A stretch of 64,000 bases of DNA from Camelus dromedarius (taxonomy: Eukaryota): assembly GCF_036321535.1 (NCBI RefSeq), contig NC_087437.1:24244001-24308000 (forward strand), read 5' to 3'. Within the stretch, counting starts at the first letter, position 1. The number at the start of each line of letters is the position of its first letter. The notes under the pieces were generated by a model. It searched no databases. It saw only the letters and a list, made by a program, of their open reading frames with translations, and was not told the DNA's origin. This document shows positions 50,631-62,232 of the stretch, one piece after another. A program made the translations under genes and the position numbers.

Positions 50631-51728
50631 ATATGCATTAAAATTTCCTTAGCAAAACATTTTTTAAAGCACCTTTATATTCTTCTCCTTGCCTCTCTTT
50701 CTGGCCTCATCATCCGCACACAACCACTATGGTATGTTACCCAAGCCCTTACAGTTTTCTAAGTGGATTATACGCTCTGCTGCCCCTATGCCTTTGCATG
50801 TTCCAATCCTCTTCTCTAGAATGTCCCCACCTACTCTCTTGCCCTAGATTACTCCTCTGAGCCTTCAACTCTTCCACAAATCAATTTTTCCAAAATTTCA
50901 CTGACATGTCATCCTCTGGGTTCCCAGCACCTGTGGGAGCATTTATGTATCAGACCACTTTTCACTGCTGCACCAATAGGATTTTTCTCTTTAAAGTTAA
51001 AAGAAATATAAATATATACTTATATCATACATTTATACATATATATTTATATGTTTGTATTTAATATAAATGTATATTTATATAAATATAAATTTTTGTA
51101 CACCTTTTTATCTATCAAATACCTAGTAGAGAAACTAGCATAGCAAAAGAACCAAGTACTACCTATTAAATGAAAGAAAGAAGGAAAATTCAGTCGTTTG
51201 CTGTTCTAGAGGCCTGATGAGAGCAGATAAATTTGGCCATGAACTGAAAATGCCCGAAAGTCAATTCTCAGGGAGAATTAAATAAAAATTACATATTAGA
51301 GTCTTTGACATTCCATGTTCATTAAGGGTAAATTTTGTTCAACCATTTCTTCATAGTCAATTTAAAAAACTATATTTTAGAAATGAGTGGTAAATCATTA
51401 CCCCAGAGAAATCACTTGATATGACTAAACCACATAGCTTTGCTAACTTCATTCCCTAAATAGAAATTCTGCTGCCAACTATATTTACATTATAGGAAAT
51501 GGAAGGCCAAAGGCTTCATTTATTCAGCTACTCACCTGTTCCTCAGCATGAACTTGATGTTAGCCAAATTTTTCAAAGAAAAAGCTATCTTATTTTGGTT
51601 TAAATTTTAAATATTTTAGCATTTCCATTTTTCAAAAAAGCATTTTAACAACCACATGCTTAATGCCCTAAAAAGAGAAGTAAAATGTATATAACAACAC
51701 ATGCATGAAGTAAGATTTTTATATTCTC

Positions 51729-51869
51729 GGGGGAGGGTTTAGCTCAGTGGTAGAGCACATGATTAGCATGCACAAGGTCCTGGGTCCAATCCCCAGTGCC
51801 TCCATTTAAATAAATAAACAAAAACAAATAAATAAGTAAACTTAATTACTTCCCTACACCAAAAAAAAA
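51729..51869 (+). mobile_element. tRNA-derived SINE, camelid vic-1-like
   Basis: GGGGAGGGT head, A box TAGCTCAGTGG (51740-51750), B-box variant GGGTCCAATCCC (51782-51793), (TAAA)n-rich middle, taattacttccc and an A tail. Confidence 0.85.
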
Positions 51870-54413
51870 TATTTATACTCAATATAAAGGCTAAGGATAT
51901 TTAATGATTCAGATAATTATTCCATGAGTTCTTAGAGGAATAGAAGAGACCTAAGGTTGTGAAAACATCTAGATTTTTTCCAGCGCCAAAGTCGTCTGCT
52001 ATGTACTGTTTTGCTGCAGCAGTGGAGGCATCTTTGCCATGATTAATTTTTCTGGAAAGCTAGGTCAGGTTTTAAAGTCACTACACAAGCCGATTTTAAG
52101 CTTATAATGGTTCAAAATTGAAAAGAGAAAAATAACTGTGAAGTGCTCGTACTATCTTTATGTCTAAGTTTGAGAATCATTAAGTAGCTGTCACTCTCTC
52201 TTTCCCAGCATCAATTACTCCACTCTGGACTTACTTGCTCCACTCTGTATAATGAGCCCCCAGAGCACGTTTCATTGCCGGGGAAAGCACACATTCTTCA
52301 CTTGCGGTCAGTGGGATGCGGTTAATTTGAAATCACTTAAACTATTATATCTGTCAAGCGCAGTTATTTTATTTTCAATTCACATCAGTGTTTTAGTATG
52401 CATGTCGGTTACTGGGTCAAATTGGTAGATTAATTTAGGAACATTCTGGTGCAAGGCTCTTTAGCATTGCCATCAAATTCAGGCCACTAGTGAAAGTTAA
52501 TACCTGCCCATTAAAACCGATTGCAAGAGGTATCACGCTTAATGTAAACAACAATGTATAAGTAAGAAGAGGATGCTAAATCAGAGATTAGAGTTCACAG
52601 TTCCCATCGTATGGGGCATTCAGTTATGGAAAATATTTCAGGAACATTAGATTTGAAAGCAACAAGATGCTGAAAGAAACCTTCAGAATGCTCTAAGAAA
52701 CCTGAAAATGGTCTGTGGGGCTTTTTGTGTTATTTTAGTCTGTTATTCTTTGCTATAGACAGGATTTTAAATAGTGTGTGTGTATGTGCGTGTGCAAATA
52801 TATGTGTGCATATGTACAGGTATATAAATATTGAGAGAGAATATCAAGCTATTTCAAGGCATAATTATTTAAAGGTGAATATTGCATGAGAATAAACAGT
52901 GTAGGCTGGACTTGCAAAAAGCAGCAGTAAGGAGGCTGCCACATGAACGGTCTATCCCATTAATAAATAGCCAGGTATTAATAAAAAGTAATAAAGTGGA
53001 AATGAATATTTGAGAAACAGACTGCCACAATGCCGTAATAGTGCGTTAGGAAAGAGTATTTTTGCCACATGTAGCCAGGCTTTCATTGTTTTCTAATACT
53101 GCCAACACTACTGAGCTTTTGAAGGTCTGTGACTTTTTTGGAGGTTTTGTAAATAAGGTAAAGCCCTGATTAATAGTATCTGGGTCGCAAAGATACAGAA
53201 TTCAAAAAACAACAATAAAAACTGAGCAGACACCAAGAAGTTTCATTTCCTCAGAAAGGAAGAACTATATGCTCTGGCAACAGGGCTTTGATGTTATACC
53301 TCTTTTATGGAACTTGTAGGACAGCAGGAAATAGAACATCGCCTTTATTCACAGGCACCCAGAAAACTGCAACCTTCAAACATCTGTATAAAACTGGAAG
53401 TCACACACACTCAAAAAAAAACCCAACAAGCACAGCCCAAGAAGACCCAGAGACATACACATACAAGCCACCCACATGAAACCTTCTGACCATGGCAGAA
53501 ACTTCAAAAAATGATGCTTTGAAACACTACGTTAAACTGCATCAAAGATGAGAGAGCAAGAAAGTATTGCTGGTAGAAAGCAGTGAGATCTTTGCTATCT
53601 GGGGAGTGTGAGTCAGTCTCTTACCCATTTCCATGTCACTTTCCTGACACTTCAGAACTATGAGTTTTGATTTTTTGCAATATATATAGCCCTTAAAAAG
53701 TCATATATTTCTAATCTAGTAAGTAAATCATGAACTACAGTACAACAAAAATGGTAGTTTTACATTAAAACTATTAACAACTGAAAAAGCTTATGCTTCT
53801 CACTAAGTTCTGAAACACATACATTCTACCTGCATGCTTTTTGGGGAATATTTTTTTTTCCATACCCTGAATGATTCAGTTAGCTAAAAATTGAGAAAGC
53901 TAACTGTAATTTTGCTTTTCTTGAATGTCTTTCTAGCCATTTTGACACTGAAAATTCCATTCTAGGGACCAGTGCAAAAGTATATACTCACGGAGTAAGC
54001 ATCTTTCAAATTACCTTGACCCTAGACTTTAATAATCAGGTTAAATGCTAGGTTAAAAATGGTTAAATAGAAAATGTCTTAATTTTGAAGTCAACATAGT
54101 TATATTTGAGAGCCCCTAACATGAGTTTCTATTCACATTTATTTCTGTGGAAACTAGTTATTAATTAATAGGATAATAATTGGTATATAACAGTACTAAA
54201 GGGTTTCAGAGTCAAGTTTGAAAAAAGCACAGGATTAAACTGTTAAAGTGGTTTTTATAAAATTTTGGTATGGCTTTAATGTGCTAAGATGCATATACGT
54301 GATCATAGGACACTTTTGCAGATCCCACAAAACATACTTGGGGCATTAGACATACACATCTAGTAATAGTGCTGGATATAAGGGTTAACGTAAGTTGTTG
54401 GGTTATCTCTAGC

Positions 54414-54591
54414 CCAGTTATTCTCAAACAATGTTGTTCATCAGAATCATCTGTGAGGCTTTACATAAAATTGTCTGGAACATATGCCCGATCTGCTGAA
54501 GAAGAGCAACGGGAGGAGGGCCTTCCATTGCATGATTAGAATCATCCATGAAGCTTTTGATAAGGTGAACCCCTGCTTAGGAAACTGCTGT
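54414..54591. mobile_element. MER5A-like hAT MITE
   Basis: cagttattctcaaac...catcagaatcatctg...ttaggaaactgctg. Confidence 0.55.
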
Positions 54592-54735
54592 AGAGGTTTT
54601 TGTTACTTTTTTCCTCCAATTTTTATCTCCATTTATATCTGTGTATCTCTTATATCTAGTCATGTTGTCTTATATTTTGTAGCTCAACAATCTTCCCTTA
54701 AAGTCAAATTAACATAGCAATATTCTAGGAAGTCT

Positions 54736-54968
54736 CTTTTTTTTTTTTTTTCCTTTTCTTAATTGAGTAATTGAGTAAACTGTAATTCAGTTTACAATGT
54801 TGTGTCAATTTCTGGTGTACAGCATAATGTTTCAGTCATACATATACAGACATATATTAGTTTTCATATTCTTTTTTCATTATAGGTAGATATTAAATAT
54901 AGTTCCCTGTGCTATACAGGATATTGAATTTAATTCCCTGTGCTATACGTAAGAAGCTTGTTTATCTA
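54736..54968 (-). mobile_element. Short lineage-specific L1 3' end with 10-bp TSD
   Basis: Poly(T) followed by cagtttacaatgttgtgtcaatttctggtgtacagc; TSD TAGGAAGTCT at 54726-54735 and 54969-54978, followed by t|aaa. Confidence 0.9.
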
Positions 54969-55644
54969 TAGGAAGTCTTAAATGAAAGTATACAATAACG
55001 ATTTAACAAGAACATTTCAGATGTGATATTAGATTGTCTGAGACTATTTTAATCCATGGAAGTTGATGCTATATTAAATATAAAATCAAAACAGTATAGA
55101 AGAAAACTACAGTTTCTCTAGTAACTCAATGCCCTCCCTCCTTCAAAATCCATCTGAATTCTTACCATCTTCTATACTCTTCTATTTCCACTAGGTCTGA
55201 TCACTTATCTCACTTGAATTTACTTATGTATTTTCTTTACCATAATTGCATTTGTCTACCATTTTAGAGTGAAAAAGTCACAGACCCTCATATTTGGAAG
55301 GATCTTAGTGATAATTTACTATAGCTTCCAAGCCCATGCTGAAATATTTTCTAAAATACTTCTTAGTCTTGGCTATATGAATCTCATTGTACGTGTTTTT
55401 GTTTCTATCTCTTTTTAGCATTATAAGAATCACTCCTATTTCTTTTCTAGTTTTATCAGATACAATTGATGTTGATGACTAAAAAGCAAATGAATTAATC
55501 TTCTGTAACATTTACTGTTTTGGTCTTCATTCAGATTTTTATTCCATTATCAAAATGTATTGATGGTCTTTAATTTTTAAGTGCTTAATTTAAAAGTAAA
55601 TAATAAGATGACCACAAAAATAAGTCATGATTTTTATTATCTAC

Positions 55645-56190
55645 TTGTTAACAGCCAGGATCTTTTGTTGCCAGTGACAGCAACGCATCTTAAACTACTT
55701 TAATCAAAAATGGAAGGCATTGTTTCTTTAATGAAAAACTAGGGCTAAGGCAGCCGTTGGTAGGATTGTATCCAAGTGTTCAAAAAAAGGCATCAGTAAT
55801 CTTTCTCCTTCTCCCAGTCATCTTTTACTGAGGTTGTCATTTTTCCCAGACCAGTTCTCCCCACTTAGTAACAAAGATGACCAACCAGCAACTCTAAGCT
55901 TCTGTTTCTTAGCCACTCCATATGCAAAAGACTTCATGACCAAAATGTCCAGCAGAAATCCTGTCATTGACTCTTACTGGCTCAGCCTCAGTTACAGACC
56001 CATCCCTGAGCCAATTATTAGAGATGGTGTTGGTAGGATATTTTGATTGGCCAGATGGTTATGTCCAGATCTGCTCCCAAATTCCACTGACTGAGGGTGA
56101 TCAGTGATTGACAGATCTTTTCTCAGAGGAAATAAGGTGTACTATTACCAAAAAAGTGAAGAGGTGCTGCTGGGTAGATGGAAGTAAGGA
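55645..56190 (-). mobile_element. Old MaLR solo LTR (MLT1K-like)
   Basis: cttttgttgccagtgacag...cccatccctgagccaat...tgattggccag...ctattaccaaaa. Confidence 0.7.
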
Positions 56191-57584
56191 AAGGTTTTTG
56201 AAATTTCTGGCAGTTTTGACCTTTCTTCTCTATGAAATATTTAGTTGATGACATTAGACTTCATTGGTAGCAGTTAATATTTTGAGAAAACAATTATTTT
56301 CACTGCTAGTGGGAAAATATAATTTGACAAATTCTTTAAAAATTTTAACAGTTAATAATATCAATCCCAAAATACACTGAAGCTAACCATTTGATTAATA
56401 AAATTTTATTATAAATTAAATGTACTAATTCATGGATCATAAGCATTTGCTTATGGCCCATGGAGGTACATAAATAAGTGTGATTTTATAGTCATGTGAA
56501 TAAAATAAACAATATAGAAATATATAATGTATATTTGCTGCAAAAAATGAATTTAAATTATTTAAGTATTAAATTGCAAATCATCATATTTCCATGGCTC
56601 CCTTTTCTGAGACTTAGCATGTGAATTTCTTGTTTCTCCTGGAATAATCAATTAAGGCCAAAAAATTTTAATTAGAACCAATCATGTCAATACTACCTTT
56701 AAAAAAGTGCTAGAATATTGTATCTATGTGTAATGAATCAAAAACAAAACAGAACAAAACATAAATACTTCCAGAAAGTTAGTATGAAAATAAATAATGC
56801 CCTTCATAGTAGTCACCATGACACCTCTTACTTATTCCATTAACTTTTCCATTATGTTAAAACATTTTAAAATTCCCTTTTGGGAGGAGCCTTCAAAACC
56901 AGTTTATAAGCCACTGGAGAAAAGCAGGTTTGTTATTTATTATCATATCACGTATCTCATCCACAGTTAATTAAAGCAACTTAAAATCTATACCTTATGC
57001 AACAGATTTGACTTGAAATGGCTCTTAGCTAATTCCTATAATTATATATAGCCAAAAAGACAACTTGTCGTAATGGAAGACATTCAAAGACTGGACCATA
57101 TGAAGTCAGAGAGGTCCAACTAAGAAAACAGTTTCCTTGTCTAAAATTATCCAGAAAAAAATTTTATGTACTCTTCAGAATAAGTGGATAACTTGCAAGC
57201 AGACAACATTGAAGGGAAAAACTTCCATCTGAGGCATGTTATTACTTTATAGTCTCTCTTAATATTTACTGTACATTATGAAAATTGGCAATGCATGTAG
57301 CTAAGTACGTAAAATATACTTTATTTTTTAAAATTGAAAAATTATATTAAAGGTGAAGCCTAAAAAGAAGAGATGATATGAGCTAGATGCCCTTACTTGC
57401 ATGAGAGAATTTTTAATACATAAATATAATTTTAGCTACTTTTTACTTAAATCTTAAATTTTGTATTTGTAACTCTGAAGTATATTCACCTTTACCAATC
57501 TCTAACACAATGTTTCTTTAGCTGAGAAGCAGAACAATTTCAGAATCACAGCTTTCACAATCAGCTGATAAAATAGCAGGTTCA

Positions 57585-57800
57585 CGCCTCAGCTAAGATT
57601 ACTGTGCTGATGAAGCCAAGTTCCCAGGTTTGATCCCTAAGTGGGCCAATTTACTTTGCTACAGGCAGCCCCTCAGACCCTGGCCTGACATCCTGCAAAT
57701 GGGAGCCATCAGTCATAAGGAGAAGCTGGGGGAAAATGTGGGTGGAGTAGAGCCAACTCCTCCCCACTGTAGGAAAACAACTCCACGTCCAAGCCAGCGG
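57585..57800 (+). mobile_element. MamSINE1 (ancient tRNA-derived SINE)
   Basis: gtgctgatgaagccaagttcccaggtttgatccc...tgggcca...gcaaatg...gtcataagg...ggaaaacaactc follows the recalled MamSINE1 consensus. Confidence 0.7.
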
Positions 57801-58334
57801 ATGGTTACGCTGTGGCATTTCTCTTGTAAATAAAAGAGGGAACTGTCTTCCAAACAATAGTGAAGTGGCATAGGGCAGCGTGTAAACCTGATTTCCAGAA
57901 ATGTACTTTAAGATCAAGTATGTCAATAATTACTAAACTAGCAATCAATTGTTGGTTTGATGAGTATGGCACCAAGAATGGTAGGGGTGTAGGGAGACCC
58001 CAAAATAACACACAAATTTATAATGTATTCATTATCAATTTCCAAAAAAAGACTGGCTGCTACTCAAACACAAGAGAAAATGTAGCTACTAGCTGAGAAG
58101 TTATGATATTGGACTGGATAAAACACGTGAAAATTACCAATTATGTGTCAAAGTTTTATTTAACTCATTAATGAGCGAACTAGCAAGACGACAAAATAAA
58201 ATTTGAGAAATTGGTATTTAGTAGGAAAAAAATAATAAAAGCTGAAATAAAATACCAAATTAGTTACAAAATTAGTTAAAGTCCTACAGGGCAATAAAAC
58301 CATCATACCTTAGCAGTTTTACAGAACTGTAGAA

Positions 58335-60022
58335 TGGTCCTAATTAGTTGTGTAAACGCAGCTATATGCCCTTAGAGCATATTAGAAACAGCTGGGGAGT
58401 TTTAAAAACTGATAACTAGATCTCACCCCCAATATTCCAATTTAATTGGAAACTGAGTAAGGCTTGAGTAGCAGGATTTTTCTTTTCTTTTCCTTTTTTT
58501 AATTGAAATGTAGTCAGTTACAATGTGTCAATTTCTAGTGTACAGCACAGTGTCCCAGTCATGCATATACATACATATATTCATATTTATATTCTTTCTC
58601 ATTAAAGGTTATTACAAGATATTGAATACAGCTTCCTGTGCTATACAGAGGAAATTTGGGTCTTTTAATCTATTTTTATAATATAATGGCTAACATTTTG
58701 CAAATCTGAAACTCCCAAATATATCACTTCCCACCCCCTTGCTCCCATAACCAGACTATCTTTGTGAGTCTGTTTCTGTTTTGTAAATGAGTTTACTAGC
58801 GTCCTTTTTCATTTTTTTAGATCCCACTTAATGAGTGATGGTATTTTTCTTTCTCTTTCTGGCTTACTTCACTTAGAATGACAGTCTCTAGGCTCATCCA
58901 CGTTGCTGCAAATGGCATTATTTTATTCTTTTTTATGGCCGAGTAGTATTTCATTGTATAAATATACCACAGTTTCTTTATCCAGTCATGTGTTGATAGA
59001 CGTTTAGGTTGCTTCCATGTCTTGGCTATTGTATACAGGGCTGCTATGAGCATTGGGGTGCAGATATCTTTTTGAATTAAGGTTCCCTCTGGATATATGC
59101 CCAGCAGTGGGATTGCTGGATCATATGGTAAGTCTATTTTAAGTCTTTTGAGAAATCTCCATACTGTTTTCCATAATGGCTGCACCAAACTACGTTCCCA
59201 CCAACAGTGTAGGAGGGTTCCCTTTTCTCTGCAGCCTCGCCAGCATTTATCGTTTGTTGACTTTTGAATGAGGGCCATTCTGACTGGTGTGAGGTGATAC
59301 CTCATTGTAGTTTTGATTTGCATTTCTTTGATAATTAGCAATTTGAACATTTTTTTCCTGTGCCTATTAACCATTTGTACGTGTTCATTGGAGAATTGCT
59401 TGTTTTGGTCTTCTGCCCATTTTTGGATTGGGTTGTTTGGGTTTTTTTTTTATTAAGTTGTATGAGCTGTTTATATATACTGGGAATTAAACCTTTGATA
59501 GTTTCATCATTTGCAAATATTTTCTCCCATTCCATAGGTTGTCATTTTGTTTTGCCAATGGTTTCCTTTGCTGTGTAAAAGCTTACAAGTTTAATCAGGT
59601 CCTGTTTAATTTTTGTCTTTATTTTTATTGCCTAGATAGACTGTCCTAGGAGTACATTGCTAAGATTTATGTCAGAGAATGCTTTGCCTATGTTTTCTTC
59701 TAGGAGGTTTATTACATCTTGTCTTTTATTTAAGTCTTTAAGCCATTTGACTTTATTTTGTGTATAATGTGAGGGAGTGTTCCAATTTCCTTGATTTACA
59801 TGCTGCTGTCTAGTTTTCCCAGCACTACTTGCTGAAGAGATTGTCTTTTCTCTATTGTATATTCTTGCCTCCTTTATTGAAGATTAATTGACTGTAGGTC
59901 TGTGGGTTTATATCTGGGCTGTCTGTTCTGTTCCATTGATTCCTATGTCTGTTTTTATGCATAGCAGGATTTTTAAAACCTCCCAGGTGATTCTAATTTG
60001 CAACCAAGTTTCAGAACCACCA
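58335..60022. mobile_element. MER5A MITE split by a young L1
   Basis: catattagaaacagctggggagttttaaaaact...gcaggattttt [L1] aaaacctcccaggtgattctaatttgcaaccaagtttcagaaccac. Confidence 0.75.
58482..59961 (-). mobile_element. Relatively young 5'-truncated L1 (~1.48 kb) with 13-bp TSD
   Basis: TSD TAGCAGGATTTTT at 58469-58481 and 59962-59974, ending at TTTT/AA; ORF 58817-59374 is a 185-aa ORF2 C-terminus with [17 protein letters not shown]. Confidence 0.97.
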
Positions 60023-60074
60023 CCATAGAAAGTGGCATGGGCTTTTACAAAGGCTTTCAACAATTTGTCCTTGA

Positions 60075-60212
60075 ACCTTGCTATTCAAAACATGTAGCAT
60101 CATCCAGCAGTACTGTAGAATCTGAGTCCCCACTCCAGAGGCACTGAGTCAGAATCTGAATTTTAAAATCACCAGGCAATTCAGGTGCACATTAAAGTTT
60201 GAGAAGCACTTT
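60075..60212. mobile_element. MER5B-like hAT MITE
   Basis: ccccactccaga...actgagtcagaatctgaatttta...gcacattaaagtttgagaagcact. Confidence 0.75.
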
Positions 60213-62232
60213 TGTAACATGATATTGAAAGGACTTAAATTTTTCCCTTACTTAAGTTTTAGAAAAACAAGATATCATCTTGTTGATGATAACACCAACA
60301 AGAAACTCCAAATATTTCTAAAAGGCTACCAATAGCACTTTAACAATAGGAATGTTGGTGGAGAGAAATCAACTTTAAGCTGGAAAACCTGCCTGAGATC
60401 AGTCAATGGTCCCACTTCCCAGGAGCCTCAGCCACCAGGAGCACGTGAGGCACTAGACTTGGAGAATTTCAGATGAATGGATTGGAGTTTATGGGCTTTT
60501 AAGGTTAAACATCATGTTTTATGTATCACCTTTAGTAAGAACTGCTGGGAACTGGACCAATGGGGTGGGGGGGGCGATCCCACATGTGCCAATCATGTAA
60601 AAGAACAGGATAGTAGCTACGAAGGAATAACATCAATAGAAAGACTGTGTTTGAAAGCTAATTAGGGCAAAATACAAACTTCAGTGAAAGTGTTTTCAAC
60701 AACTTACCCAGCATCAAATTGCTAAAATTTTGAGGGTAAATGTGTCAACCCAGACTTAGTGTTGACTACAATTTGTGAAAGGTTGACAAGGGAGTTCACT
60801 GCCTTTTGGGAAGGAAAATTTAGGGCATGGTTATTAGGAAACAAGACCTTCATATATATGCAACTGACACCTCAGAAAACATAAACAATGTTCTTAATGG
60901 AACTTTCCAGAAGTATTAAATTAATTCCCCTTTGGCATGTAAGGATGATAACTATACAACGTGGATTTTCAGTCATTGTCAGTTTTCTGTCTTTTAAATT
61001 CATATAATTATTCATATATTTATTAATTGGTACTTTCCTAGGTTTACAATGGTGGCCAAAAATACATGGCTTCTGGCTTCATGGGGCTTACAGTCTGGTA
61101 AGGAATAGGAATATTAAACAAATAAGATTTACAAATGTTATTGCTTATAACAAAGTTTAGTAAGTGTGATAAAAGAACAGGGTGATTTTGATGAAAAGGA
61201 CTTATTCAATATGTAACTAGATGTGATTTATTATCTATAACTTTACCAGGGTTTATCAGTAAGTTCCCAAATCATAAAACAATTTCAGTCATCAAACATA
61301 TAAATTTTACTAAGACTACCAAATGCACTCGACTCTGCTTAAGTTCTCAAATGATAAGAAACTTCCAAAAGCTCTGACAATGCTTCTCTGATATTCTTTC
61401 TTCACTATGGCAAGTATTGGTGGTTTTGTCTGAGCAGCTGAATTTGTGACGTGTCTTCCAAAGACCTAAAAATCACAGAGACTTTAGTGAGAGTGACAGA
61501 GATGACACATGACACTGATTCAGGTACCTTAAATCCACTCTGGAAAAGGAATGGAAAACATAGAATCATAAACATATACAATCATACTGACATATACACA
61601 TATCGTACTGATACATTTGTCACACTGATATATATGAATAATACTATATATGGTGTGATAGTGGAGATTTTATATATATACAAATACACACACACATACA
61701 TACATCCAGTTCCATATATATATTTAGATAATCTCCAATTTCAAGGATGCTGATTTGGCTTTTTTTGAAAATTAAACCTGGTAGAGAACTACAAATATCA
61801 TACAAATGAAAAGATTTGAAGCCTCTGTGTGATGAGATTGTCCTCGATGTTTTGTTTTTGTTTTTGTTTTTTCTTTTGGGGAGGGGGGTTTGGTTTTGTT
61901 TTCTGTTTCTTCGTAGCTATATACATGTGTTTGTCCTCTCCAGATAATATACTTGGTCTTACCATACTTGAGTTCAGCCTTGATAGTAACCACTACCTGT
62001 CTGCATTGTTTATCCAGAACACTTCCTCTCCCTTAACTCATGTGCTGCTTTCATTACTCCTGGTTCCCCCAGCCCCTTACCACTAAGCTTCAGCTCCTCA
62101 CACCTGTTCCCTACACTCTTTATCCCGTGACAGTCGGTTTGAAACATGCTTCATGTTGTAACCCTCAAAACACATAGATTTAAAACTCAAATTCTCCTAC
62201 TATATATATATATAGTGTAGCACATGCAAATC

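Noticed and set aside
51729..51805. Functional tRNA gene
   Set aside because: The B box is mutated and the sequence continues into a SINE body and A tail.
56770..56910. Possible ancient Tc1/mariner-type repeat fragment
   Set aside because: The resemblance is too vague to name without a Dfam search.
57585..57650. tRNA gene
   Set aside because: It is the degenerate head of MamSINE1.
58817..59374. Longest ORF (185 aa) as a host gene
   Set aside because: It is the L1 ORF2 C-terminus inside a truncated, TSD-flanked L1.
61560..61900. Periodic AT/AC-rich and (TTTTG)n sequence as an array
   Set aside because: Decayed microsatellites with no repeat-spacer organisation.
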